IMG/VR virus record: IMGVR_UViG_3300029288_000136
Direction: 5' to 3' (one strand)
From: a virus
Taxonomy: Duplodnaviria > Heunggongvirae > Uroviricota > Caudoviricetes
Length of the DNA: 64,000 nt
The notes below the pieces were generated by a model that saw only the letters and a program-made list of their open reading frames with translations, had not been told where the DNA came from and did not search any database. This document shows positions 20,016 through 28,498 of the stretch, piece after piece; position 1 is the stretch's first letter; every line of letters begins with the position of its first letter. The translations under genes and the position numbers were made by a program.

Positions 20016-21035
20016 TTAGATTGTAATGTCGTCCGCTTTAACTTTTTGCTCTTCATAGCAGCCAAGGGAATGTGCAAGCGTTTTAAGGTTATCCATGTGG
20101 AAGGTTCCCCATTGTCTCATAGCATTAATCAATGTAAGATCAATGGTTTCGGTCAATGAGTAGCCGCTGTTTAGTAGGTGGGCTGCTGTGATTGATTCTC
20201 TTGTGGTGGGGCGGTATGGGTATTCGTCTGTGCTTCTAATGTTCTCGAATAGCTTCAATACCTTAAGCAAGTCATCGCGGTGTTGTGATTCTAGTGTCAG
20301 CTTTCTTTCGACTATTTTGAGTTCGGTGAAGGCTGGGGGATAGTTGTAGACTAGGCGTGCTGAGAATCGTGAGAGTATTTGTTGGGGTAGTTCCTTTGCT
20401 CCAGGGCAGTCAAGGGGATTGATTGAGGCGGTGAAAAACCAGGAGGGTTTAGCGTGTATTGTTAGTCCTTCATAGTTGAGTTCTCGTCTGTCGTCTAGGC
20501 ATTCATTTAAGCGGATTAGGACATCTGGCTCGGATTGATTGATTTCATCTAGCATTAAGATTGAGCCTTCTTCCATTGAGAGGGGGAGTGGTCCTTTTTT
20601 CCAGTTGATGTTTCCGTCCTGTAAATCCAAGCGTCCAAGTAAATGCTGTTCTCTGCAGCGTAGTGAGAGGTTTAGTGAGTGTATGTTTTGGTTGTATTTT
20701 TCTGCCATTAGTAGAATAGAGATCGTCTTGCCACAACCAGGGGGGCCAATGAGTAGGGGGTTGATTCCTTTTTCATACAAGTGGCATAGTTTTCTGAAAT
20801 TGCCTTCCCAGTCGTAGAATTTGCCTCCGCTTAGGTCTTTGAGTATCCAGATTGCTCCAGAACGTATTATGATATCCTTCTGTTTTAGTGAGTCTAGTGC
20901 AGGGTAGATGTTTTGTATGGTGAGCGGTTCTGGGAGATTTAGGGGTTTGCTCCATTCTATGAGTTCTGTGGGTGAGCCTTTCTTGTGTTGGTCCAGTATT
21001 GATACCAGTATTCCTTCTATTTGTGCTTTATCCAT
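20016..21035 (-). CDS. MoxR-family AAA+ ATPase (CobS/NorQ/CbbQ-like)
   Basis: Walker A LLIGPPGCGKT and Walker B ILMLDEINQ. AAA_5-like, 339 aa. Confidence 0.75.
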   Translation of the reverse strand: MDKAQIEGILVSILDQHKKGSPTELIEWSKPLNLPEPLTIQNIYPALDSLKQKDIIIRSGAIWILKDLSGGKFYDWEGNFRKLCHLYEKGINPLLIGPPGCGKTISILLMAEKYNQNIHSLNLSLRCREQHLLGRLDLQDGNINWKKGPLPLSMEEGSILMLDEINQSEPDVLIRLNECLDDRRELNYEGLTIHAKPSWFFTASINPLDCPGAKELPQQILSRFSARLVYNYPPAFTELKIVERKLTLESQHRDDLLKVLKLFENIRSTDEYPYRPTTRESITAAHLLNSGYSLTETIDLTLINAMRQWGTFHMDNLKTLAHSLGCYEEQKVKADDITI

Positions 21036-21047
21036 TTTGCTTTAGCT

Positions 21048-21422
21048 TTAGAGTTGTTTTCTTTTTTCATGTATCTTTAATGATTCGCTTGGGTTTTGTT
21101 GTAGGAATGTCTTCCACTGATCGTATGTGTATGTAATTCCTTTGTAGTATACTGATATGATTTCTCCACTTCCTTTGCATGTGAATTGGGGAAGTTCCAG
21201 GCCATCAGCTAATGTTGTGTTGTCTATTTCTAGTTCTTGTTTTAGTTGGGTTGATATTATTTCTTGTCGTAGTTCTTCGCATATTGTTTGTATGTTAGTA
21301 TAGTCTGATAAGGAGATATCTATTCCTAGATACATATCTCCATAAGTTGACATTTCATCAAGAATTAGATCCACTATTTTTGTCAGAGAATTTATATTGA
21401 CTTTTATTGTTTGATTTTCCAT
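21048..21422 (-). CDS. hypothetical protein
   Basis: 124 aa. Confidence 0.35.
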   Translation of the reverse strand: MENQTIKVNINSLTKIVDLILDEMSTYGDMYLGIDISLSDYTNIQTICEELRQEIISTQLKQELEIDNTTLADGLELPQFTCKGSGEIISVYYKGITYTYDQWKTFLQQNPSESLKIHEKRKQL

Positions 21423-21488
21423 CTTGCTTTCACTTTATTTGATGATTTCACTTTCCTCTTTTGCTTTGGAGAATCAGAGGAATGCAAT

Positions 21489-21534
21489 AAAAAAATTGGA
21501 CATAGACCCCCTATCCTTTTTAGGGGAATAGGGG
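21489..21534 (-). terminator. GC hairpin plus T7 run (minus orientation)
   Basis: CCCCTAT...ATAGGGG inverted repeat (21508-21534), followed on the minus strand by TTTTTTT (plus-strand A7 at 21489-21495). Lies between convergent-free neighbours 21579 and 21422. Confidence 0.4.
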
Positions 21535-21578
21535 TGGTGTATACCTGTCTGTGTCCGTCGTAATGGGGGATTATTAAT

Positions 21579-21833
21579 TCACATCCGGTGCTTAAATAGT
21601 AAATTACGTAGTCGCTGTAATCGTGTTTTCATGTCGTGGTGTGTCGTGGGTTTAAGGGGCTTTAGGGTGCTATCTACTTTGTCTTGGGTGATTCTCCAGA
21701 TACCGCAGTAGCATAGCCAGGAAGTGCCATCCCATTCCACTTCACCTGTTTTTAGCGATATGTATGTGGCTTGCTGAAGGGGGCACTTGTGGATGGGACA
21801 GTTTGGGACTTTAATAGGGGTTGATGAGATCAT
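21579..21833 (-). CDS. Cys-rich hypothetical protein
   Basis: CPIHKC...CYCG. Confidence 0.3.
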   Translation of the reverse strand: MISSTPIKVPNCPIHKCPLQQATYISLKTGEVEWDGTSWLCYCGIWRITQDKVDSTLKPLKPTTHHDMKTRLQRLRNLLFKHRM

Positions 21834-21838
21834 AAGAA

Positions 21839-22036
21839 TTAGATGTGGATTCCTGTATCGCTCATCTTCTCAAAGTCTTCTTCACTGATTGAGTTGGATT
21901 CAGTTGTGTTTAGACCTACTGGATCCTCTCCTATGTCTTCGTCAATGATTATGTAATCAATGGGTTCAGTGCTTTCAACAGCACATACACAGCCCCCTTG
22001 GACTTGTATCACTACTTTTGGTTTTTGTGTGGTCAT
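21839..22036 (-). CDS. hypothetical protein
   Basis: 65 aa. Confidence 0.3.
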   Translation of the reverse strand: MTTQKPKVVIQVQGGCVCAVESTEPIDYIIIDEDIGEDPVGLNTTESNSISEEDFEKMSDTGIHI

Positions 22037-22254
22037 TTTGTTTGATTTTTTATAAGATATTCCCTGATAAGAGATCTAAGTTGTGGAACTCCAATACTGT
22101 TTAATTCTCCTGTCTTTATCCATTGTAGAAGACCAACAGTTCCATGCATGAATGTGTGGAATGGATCAACATTATGATATACCTGATGATTTCTTTGTCT
22201 ATACTCAATGATAACTCTTTGAGCTATATCTACTCTATTTTCTATGGTTGTCAT
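22033..22254 (-). CDS. hypothetical protein
   Basis: 73 aa, 4-nt overlap with the downstream gene. Confidence 0.3.
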   Translation of the reverse strand: MTTIENRVDIAQRVIIEYRQRNHQVYHNVDPFHTFMHGTVGLLQWIKTGELNSIGVPQLRSLIREYLIKNQTK

Positions 22255-22256
22255 CT

Positions 22257-22472
22257 TCAGTGTTCACTTATGTTTATGCGAGATAAGATATCTGATTCTC
22301 CATCATCTCTGCCTCTTCCATAATATGTTTGCTTAAGGTCAATGAGAACATCATACAATTGTTCATCAGTGGTTGCTTCTTTGATTTGTTTCAAGTAATC
22401 CTGCACTTCAAGCTCATCTTCAACACGTTGCAGCCTTACTTTCTCTTTGTGATACTCTTCAAATGTAGCCAT
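22257..22472 (-). CDS. hypothetical protein
   Basis: 71 aa, acidic. Confidence 0.3.
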   Translation of the reverse strand: MATFEEYHKEKVRLQRVEDELEVQDYLKQIKEATTDEQLYDVLIDLKQTYYGRGRDDGESDILSRINISEH

Positions 22473-22672
22473 GTTAAGAAATTATAAGGAGGCTGGTGTG
22501 AGGAATTAGCTCACATCTGCTTCATCAGTTGTTTTAATCACTTTCGGAAGCTGTCTTACACGGATTCTTCAAGGGTGAAAGGTATGAAGGTACCATTTGC
22601 TTGAAGTTCCCCATTAGACGAACCAGCCATCTTTACATATTTGATTTTAATATTAATCTACATCAATACTAC

Positions 22673-22753
22673 TCAAAAACACCTAATTTTATCAAATTCT
22701 GAAACGGAACCATATTTACAATGCTTGCATATCCAATCGTCAATCTTACTCAT
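22673..22753 (-). CDS. 26-aa CxxC mini-ORF, last cassette of junction array
   Basis: MSKIDDWICKHCKYGSVSEFDKIRCF, preceded by the conserved junction GGAGGGAATGAACG-ATG. Confidence 0.25.
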   Translation of the reverse strand: MSKIDDWICKHCKYGSVSEFDKIRCF

Positions 22754-22788
22754 CGTTCATTCCCTCCTTTGCAATCTGTCTCTAATGT

Positions 22789-22863
22789 TTCCCCATGTTG
22801 GGAATCGAACCCACACCCCAGGGTAATATTACCTCCCCAAAGGCTCCATTCCAGGACTAGGGG
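22789..22863 (-). tRNA. tRNA-like element (possible degenerate tRNA or att-type tRNA fragment)
   Basis: Minus strand reads a canonical T-arm G(T)GGG-TTCGATT-CCCA(A), then CATGGGG-A. The candidate 5' strand CCCCTAG pairs with two central mismatches. D and anticodon arms were not foldable by hand. Confidence 0.35.
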
Positions 22864-22875
22864 ATTTCGATCCAT

Positions 22876-23016
22876 TTATGCTAGCTCGGCTTTGGCTTCC
22901 ATTATATCTCGTTCTTCTATCTTTTTGCCTAGCAATTCCTTCGCTTTTTTAATTGCCTCTTGCTCGCTCTCTGCCTCAACCGTAGGGCAGACCGTTATAT
23001 AAACATTGTAGTCCAT
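22876..23016 (-). CDS. 46-aa mini-protein in cassette array
   Basis: MDYNVYITVCPTVEAESEQEAIKKAKELLGKKIEERDIMEAKAELA. Its stop abuts the tRNA-like element. Confidence 0.25.
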   Translation of the reverse strand: MDYNVYITVCPTVEAESEQEAIKKAKELLGKKIEERDIMEAKAELA

Positions 23017-23027
23017 TTTGAATCTTA

Positions 23028-23192
23028 TTAAGTGTTATATCCGCAGTCATAGCATACAAGATCTTTATATTCTCCTTCCATAGTACATACATCGGTGTTC
23101 TGAGAACCGCATCTAGGGCATTTATCGCCCTTCCTTTGCTTCTGCTCAGCCGTTGAATCTGGATAGGTTTTATAACAATGCTTTTTGTTCAT
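23028..23192 (-). CDS. 54-aa zinc-ribbon cassette protein
   Basis: MNKKHCYKTYPDSTAEQKQRKGDKCPRCGSQNTDVCTMEGEYKDLVCYDCGYNT, preceded by the junction variant GGAGGGGATGAATG-ATG. Confidence 0.35.
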   Translation of the reverse strand: MNKKHCYKTYPDSTAEQKQRKGDKCPRCGSQNTDVCTMEGEYKDLVCYDCGYNT

Positions 23193-23205
23193 CATTCATC
23201 CCCTC

Positions 23206-23412
23206 CTAATGGTTTATTGCTTGGGTTAGGTCTTGTTCTGAAATTATATTTCCTTTATCATCGCTAACTACAAGAAAAACCGCTTTTATCGTTTTAAGAT
23301 ACTCACAGGTTAAAGTTCCTTCTACACAGAACTTATACCAAAACTCAGCCTCAGTTGCCTTCAACATTGATATTTTCCCATCTTTATAATTAATTCTCAG
23401 TTTTACAGTCAT
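23206..23412 (-). CDS. cassette protein (68 aa)
   Basis: Start codon lies inside the conserved junction, and its stop overlaps the next junction. Confidence 0.4.
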   Translation of the reverse strand: MTVKLRINYKDGKISMLKATEAEFWYKFCVEGTLTCEYLKTIKAVFLVVSDDKGNIISEQDLTQAINH

Positions 23413-23415
23413 CGT

Positions 23416-23784
23416 TCATTCCCTCCTTTTAATCTCTGTCTCTTTCGATTTTTCTTCTATTGGCTTATAATCCGGGCAATCCGACATCTCGCCATAACAA
23501 TAGAAAAAGCATTGTTCTTGTATTTCACTACTTGGATTATGACACCAATCGCCATGTAAAAACTTGCAGTCGGGACAGATACATGCAAGAGTGCCCTTTT
23601 CAATAACTCCCACCCCCTTCAAACGAGCAATCTCCTGGTCCTTCTCTTTGTGGTCTGGAAAGTAATGGTCCTCAACGCAGGACATACAACAAAAAACATA
23701 CTCGTCCCCATCCGCTTCTATCACTCTGATTGCATCAAAAGAGCTAAACACGCCCTTGCAAGCCTCACAACCAAGTTTAGTCAT
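23416..23784 (-). CDS. Cys-rich cassette protein (122 aa), C-terminus ...KRRE
   Basis: Multiple CxxC pairs. The C-terminal KRRE-stop is encoded by the conserved junction. Confidence 0.4.
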   Translation of the reverse strand: MTKLGCEACKGVFSSFDAIRVIEADGDEYVFCCMSCVEDHYFPDHKEKDQEIARLKGVGVIEKGTLACICPDCKFLHGDWCHNPSSEIQEQCFFYCYGEMSDCPDYKPIEEKSKETEIKRRE

Positions 23785-23787
23785 CGT

Positions 23788-23994
23788 TCATTCCCTCCTT
23801 TTTTCTCTGTCTCTTTCGATTATTTTTTTTGTTTTGTCAAGGAAAACCTCGAGAGCCGCATCCTTGACCTTCTGGTACTCAGCCAATGCCGGAGCCTCGA
23901 CCTTCTGGTACTCAGCCCAGAAAACTAATACCTCTTTCTCGTTCCTCTTGATCGCATTAAGATTTTCCTTAGAAAAAACCATATTATAGCTCAT
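23788..23994 (-). CDS. cassette protein (68 aa), C-terminus ...KRRE
   Basis: Junction at both ends. It shares a 17-nt block with the previous gene but reads it in a different frame. Confidence 0.4.
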   Translation of the reverse strand: MSYNMVFSKENLNAIKRNEKEVLVFWAEYQKVEAPALAEYQKVKDAALEVFLDKTKKIIERDREKRRE

Positions 23995-23997
23995 CGT

Positions 23998-24174
23998 TCA
24001 TTCCCTCCTTTTAACTGTTTCTAATGATTTATTCTCGTAGCCCTGCGCACGTTTCAGAATGGCTTTATATTCCTTGTCTGTATACTGCCGTCCGCATCTG
24101 GGGCATTCTCCGATCCGGGGGTCGAAGTCGCTTTCTTCAAGCAAAACCTTACACCTTGTGCAATATGCGTCCAT
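23998..24174 (-). CDS. 58-aa zinc-ribbon cassette protein, C-terminus ...KRRE
   Basis: MDAYCTRCKVLLEESDFDPRIGECPRCGRQYTDKEYKAILKRAQGYENKSLETVKRRE. The stop TGA lies inside the junction. Confidence 0.35.
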   Translation of the reverse strand: MDAYCTRCKVLLEESDFDPRIGECPRCGRQYTDKEYKAILKRAQGYENKSLETVKRRE

Positions 24175-24500
24175 TATCCTTTATGACCCTCTGTCTCTTT
24201 CGATTCTTTCCATTTTAACCCGGCACAGCTAATAATGTCCTTTGCCTGAATCAAGTCATGATATAGCCGTGCGTTCTCGGCTTTCAGTTCCGCTATTTCT
24301 CCCTTCATCCTTGCAGCTTCAATATAACATGAATCCGCTTTAAGGCTCATAATCTCCTGGTCCTTCTTCTTTAGTTCATTTAGAAGGCGTAAACAATCTT
24401 TATGGTCCAGTTCTAGTCCTCGGTGATTTAGCGTTCCCTCATAAAGTAATTGCTTCCACTCATCCCAATTCTGAGAATTCAAAACTTGTGTTTTGTCCAT
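24174..24500 (-). CDS. coiled-coil cassette protein (108 aa)
   Basis: Ends ...SKETEGHKG. Its TAA overlaps the next ATG (TAATG). Confidence 0.4.
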   Translation of the reverse strand: MDKTQVLNSQNWDEWKQLLYEGTLNHRGLELDHKDCLRLLNELKKKDQEIMSLKADSCYIEAARMKGEIAELKAENARLYHDLIQAKDIISCAGLKWKESKETEGHKG

Positions 24501-24501
24501 G

Positions 24502-24708
24502 TTACTGTTTACCCTCTGTCTCTTTGGGATGGTATTTTCCTGAAACTTCTATATCCTCTCCTGATAGTCCGTTTGAATCTATCTCAATCTTATAGCGGGC
24601 AATTCTTCCAGAGTATAGTTCCATCGTTCCTGAAATTTCGGTCGCCCCATCTCGTAGCATTTCCATCACCGCTTCCCCAATCTTGCCCGTCGTGCTAATT
24701 GCGCTCAT
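24502..24708 (-). CDS. first cassette protein (68 aa)
   Basis: Ends ...KETEGKQ. Start preceded by CAAGGAGGGAATGAACG-ATG. Confidence 0.4.
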   Translation of the reverse strand: MSAISTTGKIGEAVMEMLRDGATEISGTMELYSGRIARYKIEIDSNGLSGEDIEVSGKYHPKETEGKQ

Positions 24709-24976
24709 CGTTCATTCCCTCCTTGAACAAGCGATCAAACGAATATTAAAAAACTTACAAAAAGAAGGGAAGGTAGATGTAATAGAAGATAAAAGCCATG
24801 TCGTATTACTTAGAAAATAGGACTCAATTATATGTAAAAAGAAAAATAATCACCAGTTAATCGCTTTAAGTTTCGCTGTTTTCTGGGGTTTTTTATACTT
24901 GGCGTAAAAGTCTTCCCCAACTTGTTTCAACTTACCTAAAACCTCCTTCTCTCTTTCTTTCACCTTTAGGGGAGCA

Positions 24977-25240
24977 TCATATCTTTTCATTTTTCAATAC
25001 ATCATTCAAAAGTTCTTTTCTTATCTTGCTATGCCTAGCGTTTTCTTCTTCATATTTTTTATGGATTTTTTCCATTAGCTCAGATTCATCATAATGTCTT
25101 CCTGTCTCTTTTGACAAGCATTCAAATAAAAGCAAATCAGAAAGAGATTTGTCATGATTGCATATGGAACATCTGTATTCAAAGGGATTAACTCTTATGC
25201 TTTCTGTATCAGTGTTGCAGATGGAGCAAGGGGTTTTCAT
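24977..25240 (-). CDS. zinc-ribbon protein
   Basis: CSICN...CSICN. Confidence 0.35.
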   Translation of the reverse strand: MKTPCSICNTDTESIRVNPFEYRCSICNHDKSLSDLLLFECLSKETGRHYDESELMEKIHKKYEEENARHSKIRKELLNDVLKNEKI

Positions 25241-25470
25241 TCTACAGTATCTATTGAAGTTATTTCAACTCCACTGAATTCACGCTCACCATCTTCAATT
25301 CTGTTTTCATTTGATATGTCTTTGATGTTCTTTATAACAATATCAAAGGTGATAGTAGAATCGTCATATAAGTCATCAACTGAATTCCATATAGCATCCA
25401 TTATCTCTTGAGGATATTGGTCCTTTAGTGAGTCCATAAATGCCTTTAACTTAATTGTTGTCTCTTTCAT
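25237..25470 (-). CDS. hypothetical protein
   Basis: 77 aa, acidic, 4-nt overlaps with neighbours. Confidence 0.3.
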   Translation of the reverse strand: MKETTIKLKAFMDSLKDQYPQEIMDAIWNSVDDLYDDSTITFDIVIKNIKDISNENRIEDGEREFSGVEITSIDTVE

Positions 25471-25874
25471 TGTATATGAGATTGTTCTAAATATTTATGC
25501 TCACCATACTCATTCACTTCATCAGTCCTAATGAATTTAAAATAATCAACTGGTTTTAATGATGCAAGAATTGGAGCTTCTTCTACTGTCAAACTTAGTT
25601 TCCTACTTTTAGGTATTAAAATATAATCTCTAGTAGAATCCAAATATAAGTAAATTGATAGAGTACAGCCATAACTTTTTTCTTGTTCAAGCTCATCTAT
25701 TTTCTTACGAATACTTAGAAGATTCTCACTCCAATTTGATACTGAGTCAAACCACAATATCTTTTGATCTTCACTTAGTTTTAAGTCATCTTTATATTCC
25801 TTTTTCAGAATATCTATTTTATTGATTATCAATCGTCTTCTTATAATATATGGATTTGAACTGTCTCCTTTCAT
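25467..25874 (-). CDS. hypothetical protein
   Basis: 135 aa. Confidence 0.35.
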   Translation of the reverse strand: MKGDSSNPYIIRRRLIINKIDILKKEYKDDLKLSEDQKILWFDSVSNWSENLLSIRKKIDELEQEKSYGCTLSIYLYLDSTRDYILIPKSRKLSLTVEEAPILASLKPVDYFKFIRTDEVNEYGEHKYLEQSHIQ

Positions 25875-26530
25875 TTTAAATACTCTTGTAGAAATCTGAC
25901 TCTGCTTTCATAATCTTCATCTATGAGAAGCAATGATGAGGGGATCTTTGAGTTGTCATGGATACAGGCATAGGATTCACGGACCTCTTGGTTAAAGAAT
26001 TCCTTTAGTTCCATGTTGCGAGCGCACTTCTCATGGATATAGATGCCATGAGTGTTGACTCCTTCAATTATGTTTGAGATGATTGGGTAATAACGGCAGA
26101 TCTCAGGTCTGCAGGAATACACAGAACATCTGGAGTCCTTGGTAAAAGGACATGGAGAACACTTCATATTGAATGTGTTGTCACTATCACTCTTCTTCAC
26201 AGGAGAGATTCTATACAAATACATAAGGCGGGATTCAGTGATACCAAGGGAATCTGAGAGTCTTATGATGTCTTTGTCAGTCATACCGAGATTGTCGGGA
26301 GCAATGCAGCATAGACCACATCCTTTGCATTTGACTTTTGGATCAGTGAGAAGCTTGTATAAGACCATTGCTATGTAGTGGTCGGTTTGGAATGGGAAAG
26401 GAGCGAAGAAGGTTCCATCTATTTGGAGGATAGAATCAAGATAATCTTCCAGTTGCTCATCTGATATGGTGTGGAGATCGACTGGGGGGAATACTGGTTC
26501 TCCTATCTTGCGATTCTGTAGTGCTTTCAT
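25871..26530 (-). CDS. YkgJ-family putative zinc/iron-chelating (CxxCxxCC) protein
   Basis: CKGCGLCC motif plus further Cys pairs (CSPCP...CSVYSCRPEIC). Confidence 0.5.
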   Translation of the reverse strand: MKALQNRKIGEPVFPPVDLHTISDEQLEDYLDSILQIDGTFFAPFPFQTDHYIAMVLYKLLTDPKVKCKGCGLCCIAPDNLGMTDKDIIRLSDSLGITESRLMYLYRISPVKKSDSDNTFNMKCSPCPFTKDSRCSVYSCRPEICRYYPIISNIIEGVNTHGIYIHEKCARNMELKEFFNQEVRESYACIHDNSKIPSSLLLIDEDYESRVRFLQEYLK

Positions 26531-26925
26531 TTTTGTCTTGATGTCTCTACAAGTTTTATCAATTCAGGATTCTCATAGATATTACCAAGGATAGTTAATT
26601 TATCTCCAGGTCTTGCCAGATTAGCCATTGGAAACCAGCTACCATATCTGTAGACTCCGAAGAAGCCAGTTATGTATTTCACTTCAGATAAATAGCAGTA
26701 ACTTACAATATCATTGGACATCTTTATCTGAAGAATATCCCCTTCAAATATCTTTGAGTCTGTTTTGTCAAGGAAACCTGTGTATTGCATCAGATGGATT
26801 TGATTATATCCGATGTAGTGTCCTATATGCTCAAAGAATCGTCTTAATTCATGTATGTTCTTTTGAGAAGGACATACCATCTCTTTGGTTTTATCATTCC
26901 AGTATCTAAAAGTTGGAAGGCTCAT
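26527..26925 (-). CDS. YopX-family phage protein
   Basis: RYWNDKTKEM...MQYTGFLDKTDSKIFEGDIL...GNIYENPELI matches the YopX hallmark pattern. Confidence 0.6.
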   Translation of the reverse strand: MSLPTFRYWNDKTKEMVCPSQKNIHELRRFFEHIGHYIGYNQIHLMQYTGFLDKTDSKIFEGDILQIKMSNDIVSYCYLSEVKYITGFFGVYRYGSWFPMANLARPGDKLTILGNIYENPELIKLVETSRQK

Positions 26926-27113
26926 TTCATATACCTCGCTTTATTGACTTCATTTGTGAGTATTTCTGTTGTGGAACGAAGAGAGTTCACAAGAGAGTCG
27001 AGGGTTTCGATGTCTTGAGAACTTATTAATTCAGAGATAGTGGATCTCTTATTCTTTATCCTTATGAATAGTTCACTGTTAGGATATACTGTAATGCTTG
27101 TTGTGTGGTTCAT
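26922..27113 (-). CDS. hypothetical protein
   Basis: 63 aa. Confidence 0.3.
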   Translation of the reverse strand: MNHTTSITVYPNSELFIRIKNKRSTISELISSQDIETLDSLVNSLRSTTEILTNEVNKARYMK

Positions 27114-27712
27114 TGTTCAGAGTAAATTTCATCAAGTGTTTTCAACTGTTGATTGATGCTGAATTTAGTGTCTTTGAAGTGTTTCTTTAATACTGCATAC
27201 TGGGTTGGATTCATTCTTCCGTCAAGTGTCAGGATTGTGTGTTCACATATTCTTCTAATAACTATCCATCCTCTCTTCATCAAGTAATCAGTATCATTGC
27301 GCTCTTCAGTATCTGGATTGGTGTATTCTATGTATGAGTTGATGAATATTCTATGATCTCCATAAGGGACGTTGTACCATTCACCAGATGGGGGCATCAG
27401 TACTTCTTCATTTCTTTCATCAGTGCAGGAAGCTATCTGAGCAGTCCACAGGTAAGGACCAACTTGAGCTATCTCACGAACCAGTGCTCTCTTGTATTGT
27501 TCTCCGAATTTGGGATTAGAAGCTAAGACAGCAGCAGTTACGTTTCCATCTAAGAATCCATATAATCTATCTGCAGGCTTGGAATCCTTCGCATAACAAG
27601 GGAGATCTATGTTAAAGCCTCCAAAGCAACACTTATTAGATAGACAATACTTGCATGATTTATCTTCACAAATCCCTTGACACTTAGTTGCTCTTTTCAT
27701 CTTATTCACCAT
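27110..27712 (-). CDS. Cys-rich hypothetical protein (200 aa)
   Basis: N-terminal CQGICEDKSCKYCLSNKCC cluster. Confidence 0.35.
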   Translation of the reverse strand: MVNKMKRATKCQGICEDKSCKYCLSNKCCFGGFNIDLPCYAKDSKPADRLYGFLDGNVTAAVLASNPKFGEQYKRALVREIAQVGPYLWTAQIASCTDERNEEVLMPPSGEWYNVPYGDHRIFINSYIEYTNPDTEERNDTDYLMKRGWIVIRRICEHTILTLDGRMNPTQYAVLKKHFKDTKFSINQQLKTLDEIYSEQ

Positions 27713-27980
27713 TCAATTGCTTTCCTGCTAGTTTGATCAATGCTTTCACTGTTCTTCCTTTGTTGTCTAAGATGTGTTCGTCAACCCACATGGCAGTGAA
27801 TAGCTTGATGTTCAATGCTTCCATAGGAGGGAGAGAACCGCTTTCGATCTTGGCTGCTATGTCCTTGAATGTTTGGATGTAGGATTGGTCCATGTTATTT
27901 GTTGGAGTATTCAAGAAGTTCTGTATATAAGACAACAAAGGATATGATAACACAGTATAGGAATGTGTTGAATTCTCCAT
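27702..27980 (-). CDS. hypothetical protein
   Basis: 92 aa. Confidence 0.3.
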   Translation of the reverse strand: MENSTHSYTVLSYPLLSYIQNFLNTPTNNMDQSYIQTFKDIAAKIESGSLPPMEALNIKLFTAMWVDEHILDNKGRTVKALIKLAGKQLNGE

Positions 27981-28216
27981 ATGTTGTTAGAGAGATTTGC
28001 ATCATTCCCACTATAAGATAACTCCATATAATTGATAGTATGAATGATATGATGAGACAGGAGAGTTTGTGTTTCATCTTAATTGGCGAATTTTTAATTC
28101 CTTTAGTATTTCATCAGCAAAATCTTTATCACTTTGATCATTGGATTTTCTAGTTTCATTTAATAATACAATCAAATCCATGTCGCTCAATTCTTTAAGG
28201 TAAGGAAATTCCATTT

Positions 28217-28498
28217 TTATACTAATCTATTTAGTAAGAAATCCAATCCATATGAAGCTACTCTTATTATATCTTTTACATCTGTAAGAGGTTTATATTT
28301 TCCATCTTTAAAATCAGTTAATTGAAGAAAACAAGATTCGCTTTTCATTGTAGATTTTCTAACAAGAGTCATTTTGATGCCATTTCCTGTTGGTAGAAAA
28401 TCGAGAATCAGATCCTCATTTAAAGAATCAGGAAGGTTTTTATCTTTCAATTGCTTCTTCAACCATTCTTTAATTAAAGATTCTTTTGTGGTTGTCAT
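28217..28498 (-). CDS. hypothetical protein
   Basis: 93 aa. Confidence 0.3.
   Translation of the reverse strand: MTTTKESLIKEWLKKQLKDKNLPDSLNEDLILDFLPTGNGIKMTLVRKSTMKSESCFLQLTDFKDGKYKPLTDVKDIIRVASYGLDFLLNRLV

Noticed and set aside
22700-24720. Possibility that the repeated junctions form a CRISPR array.
   Set aside because: The repeats are not regularly spaced (intervals 160-660 bp). The intervening sequences are protein-coding cassettes. The repeat itself encodes a stop, an RBS and a start.
27895-28077. 60-aa minus ORF overlapping 27702..27980 by 86 nt.
   Set aside because: Large out-of-frame overlap with a better-supported neighbour. A hydrophobic translation could still be a small membrane protein, but the evidence is insufficient.
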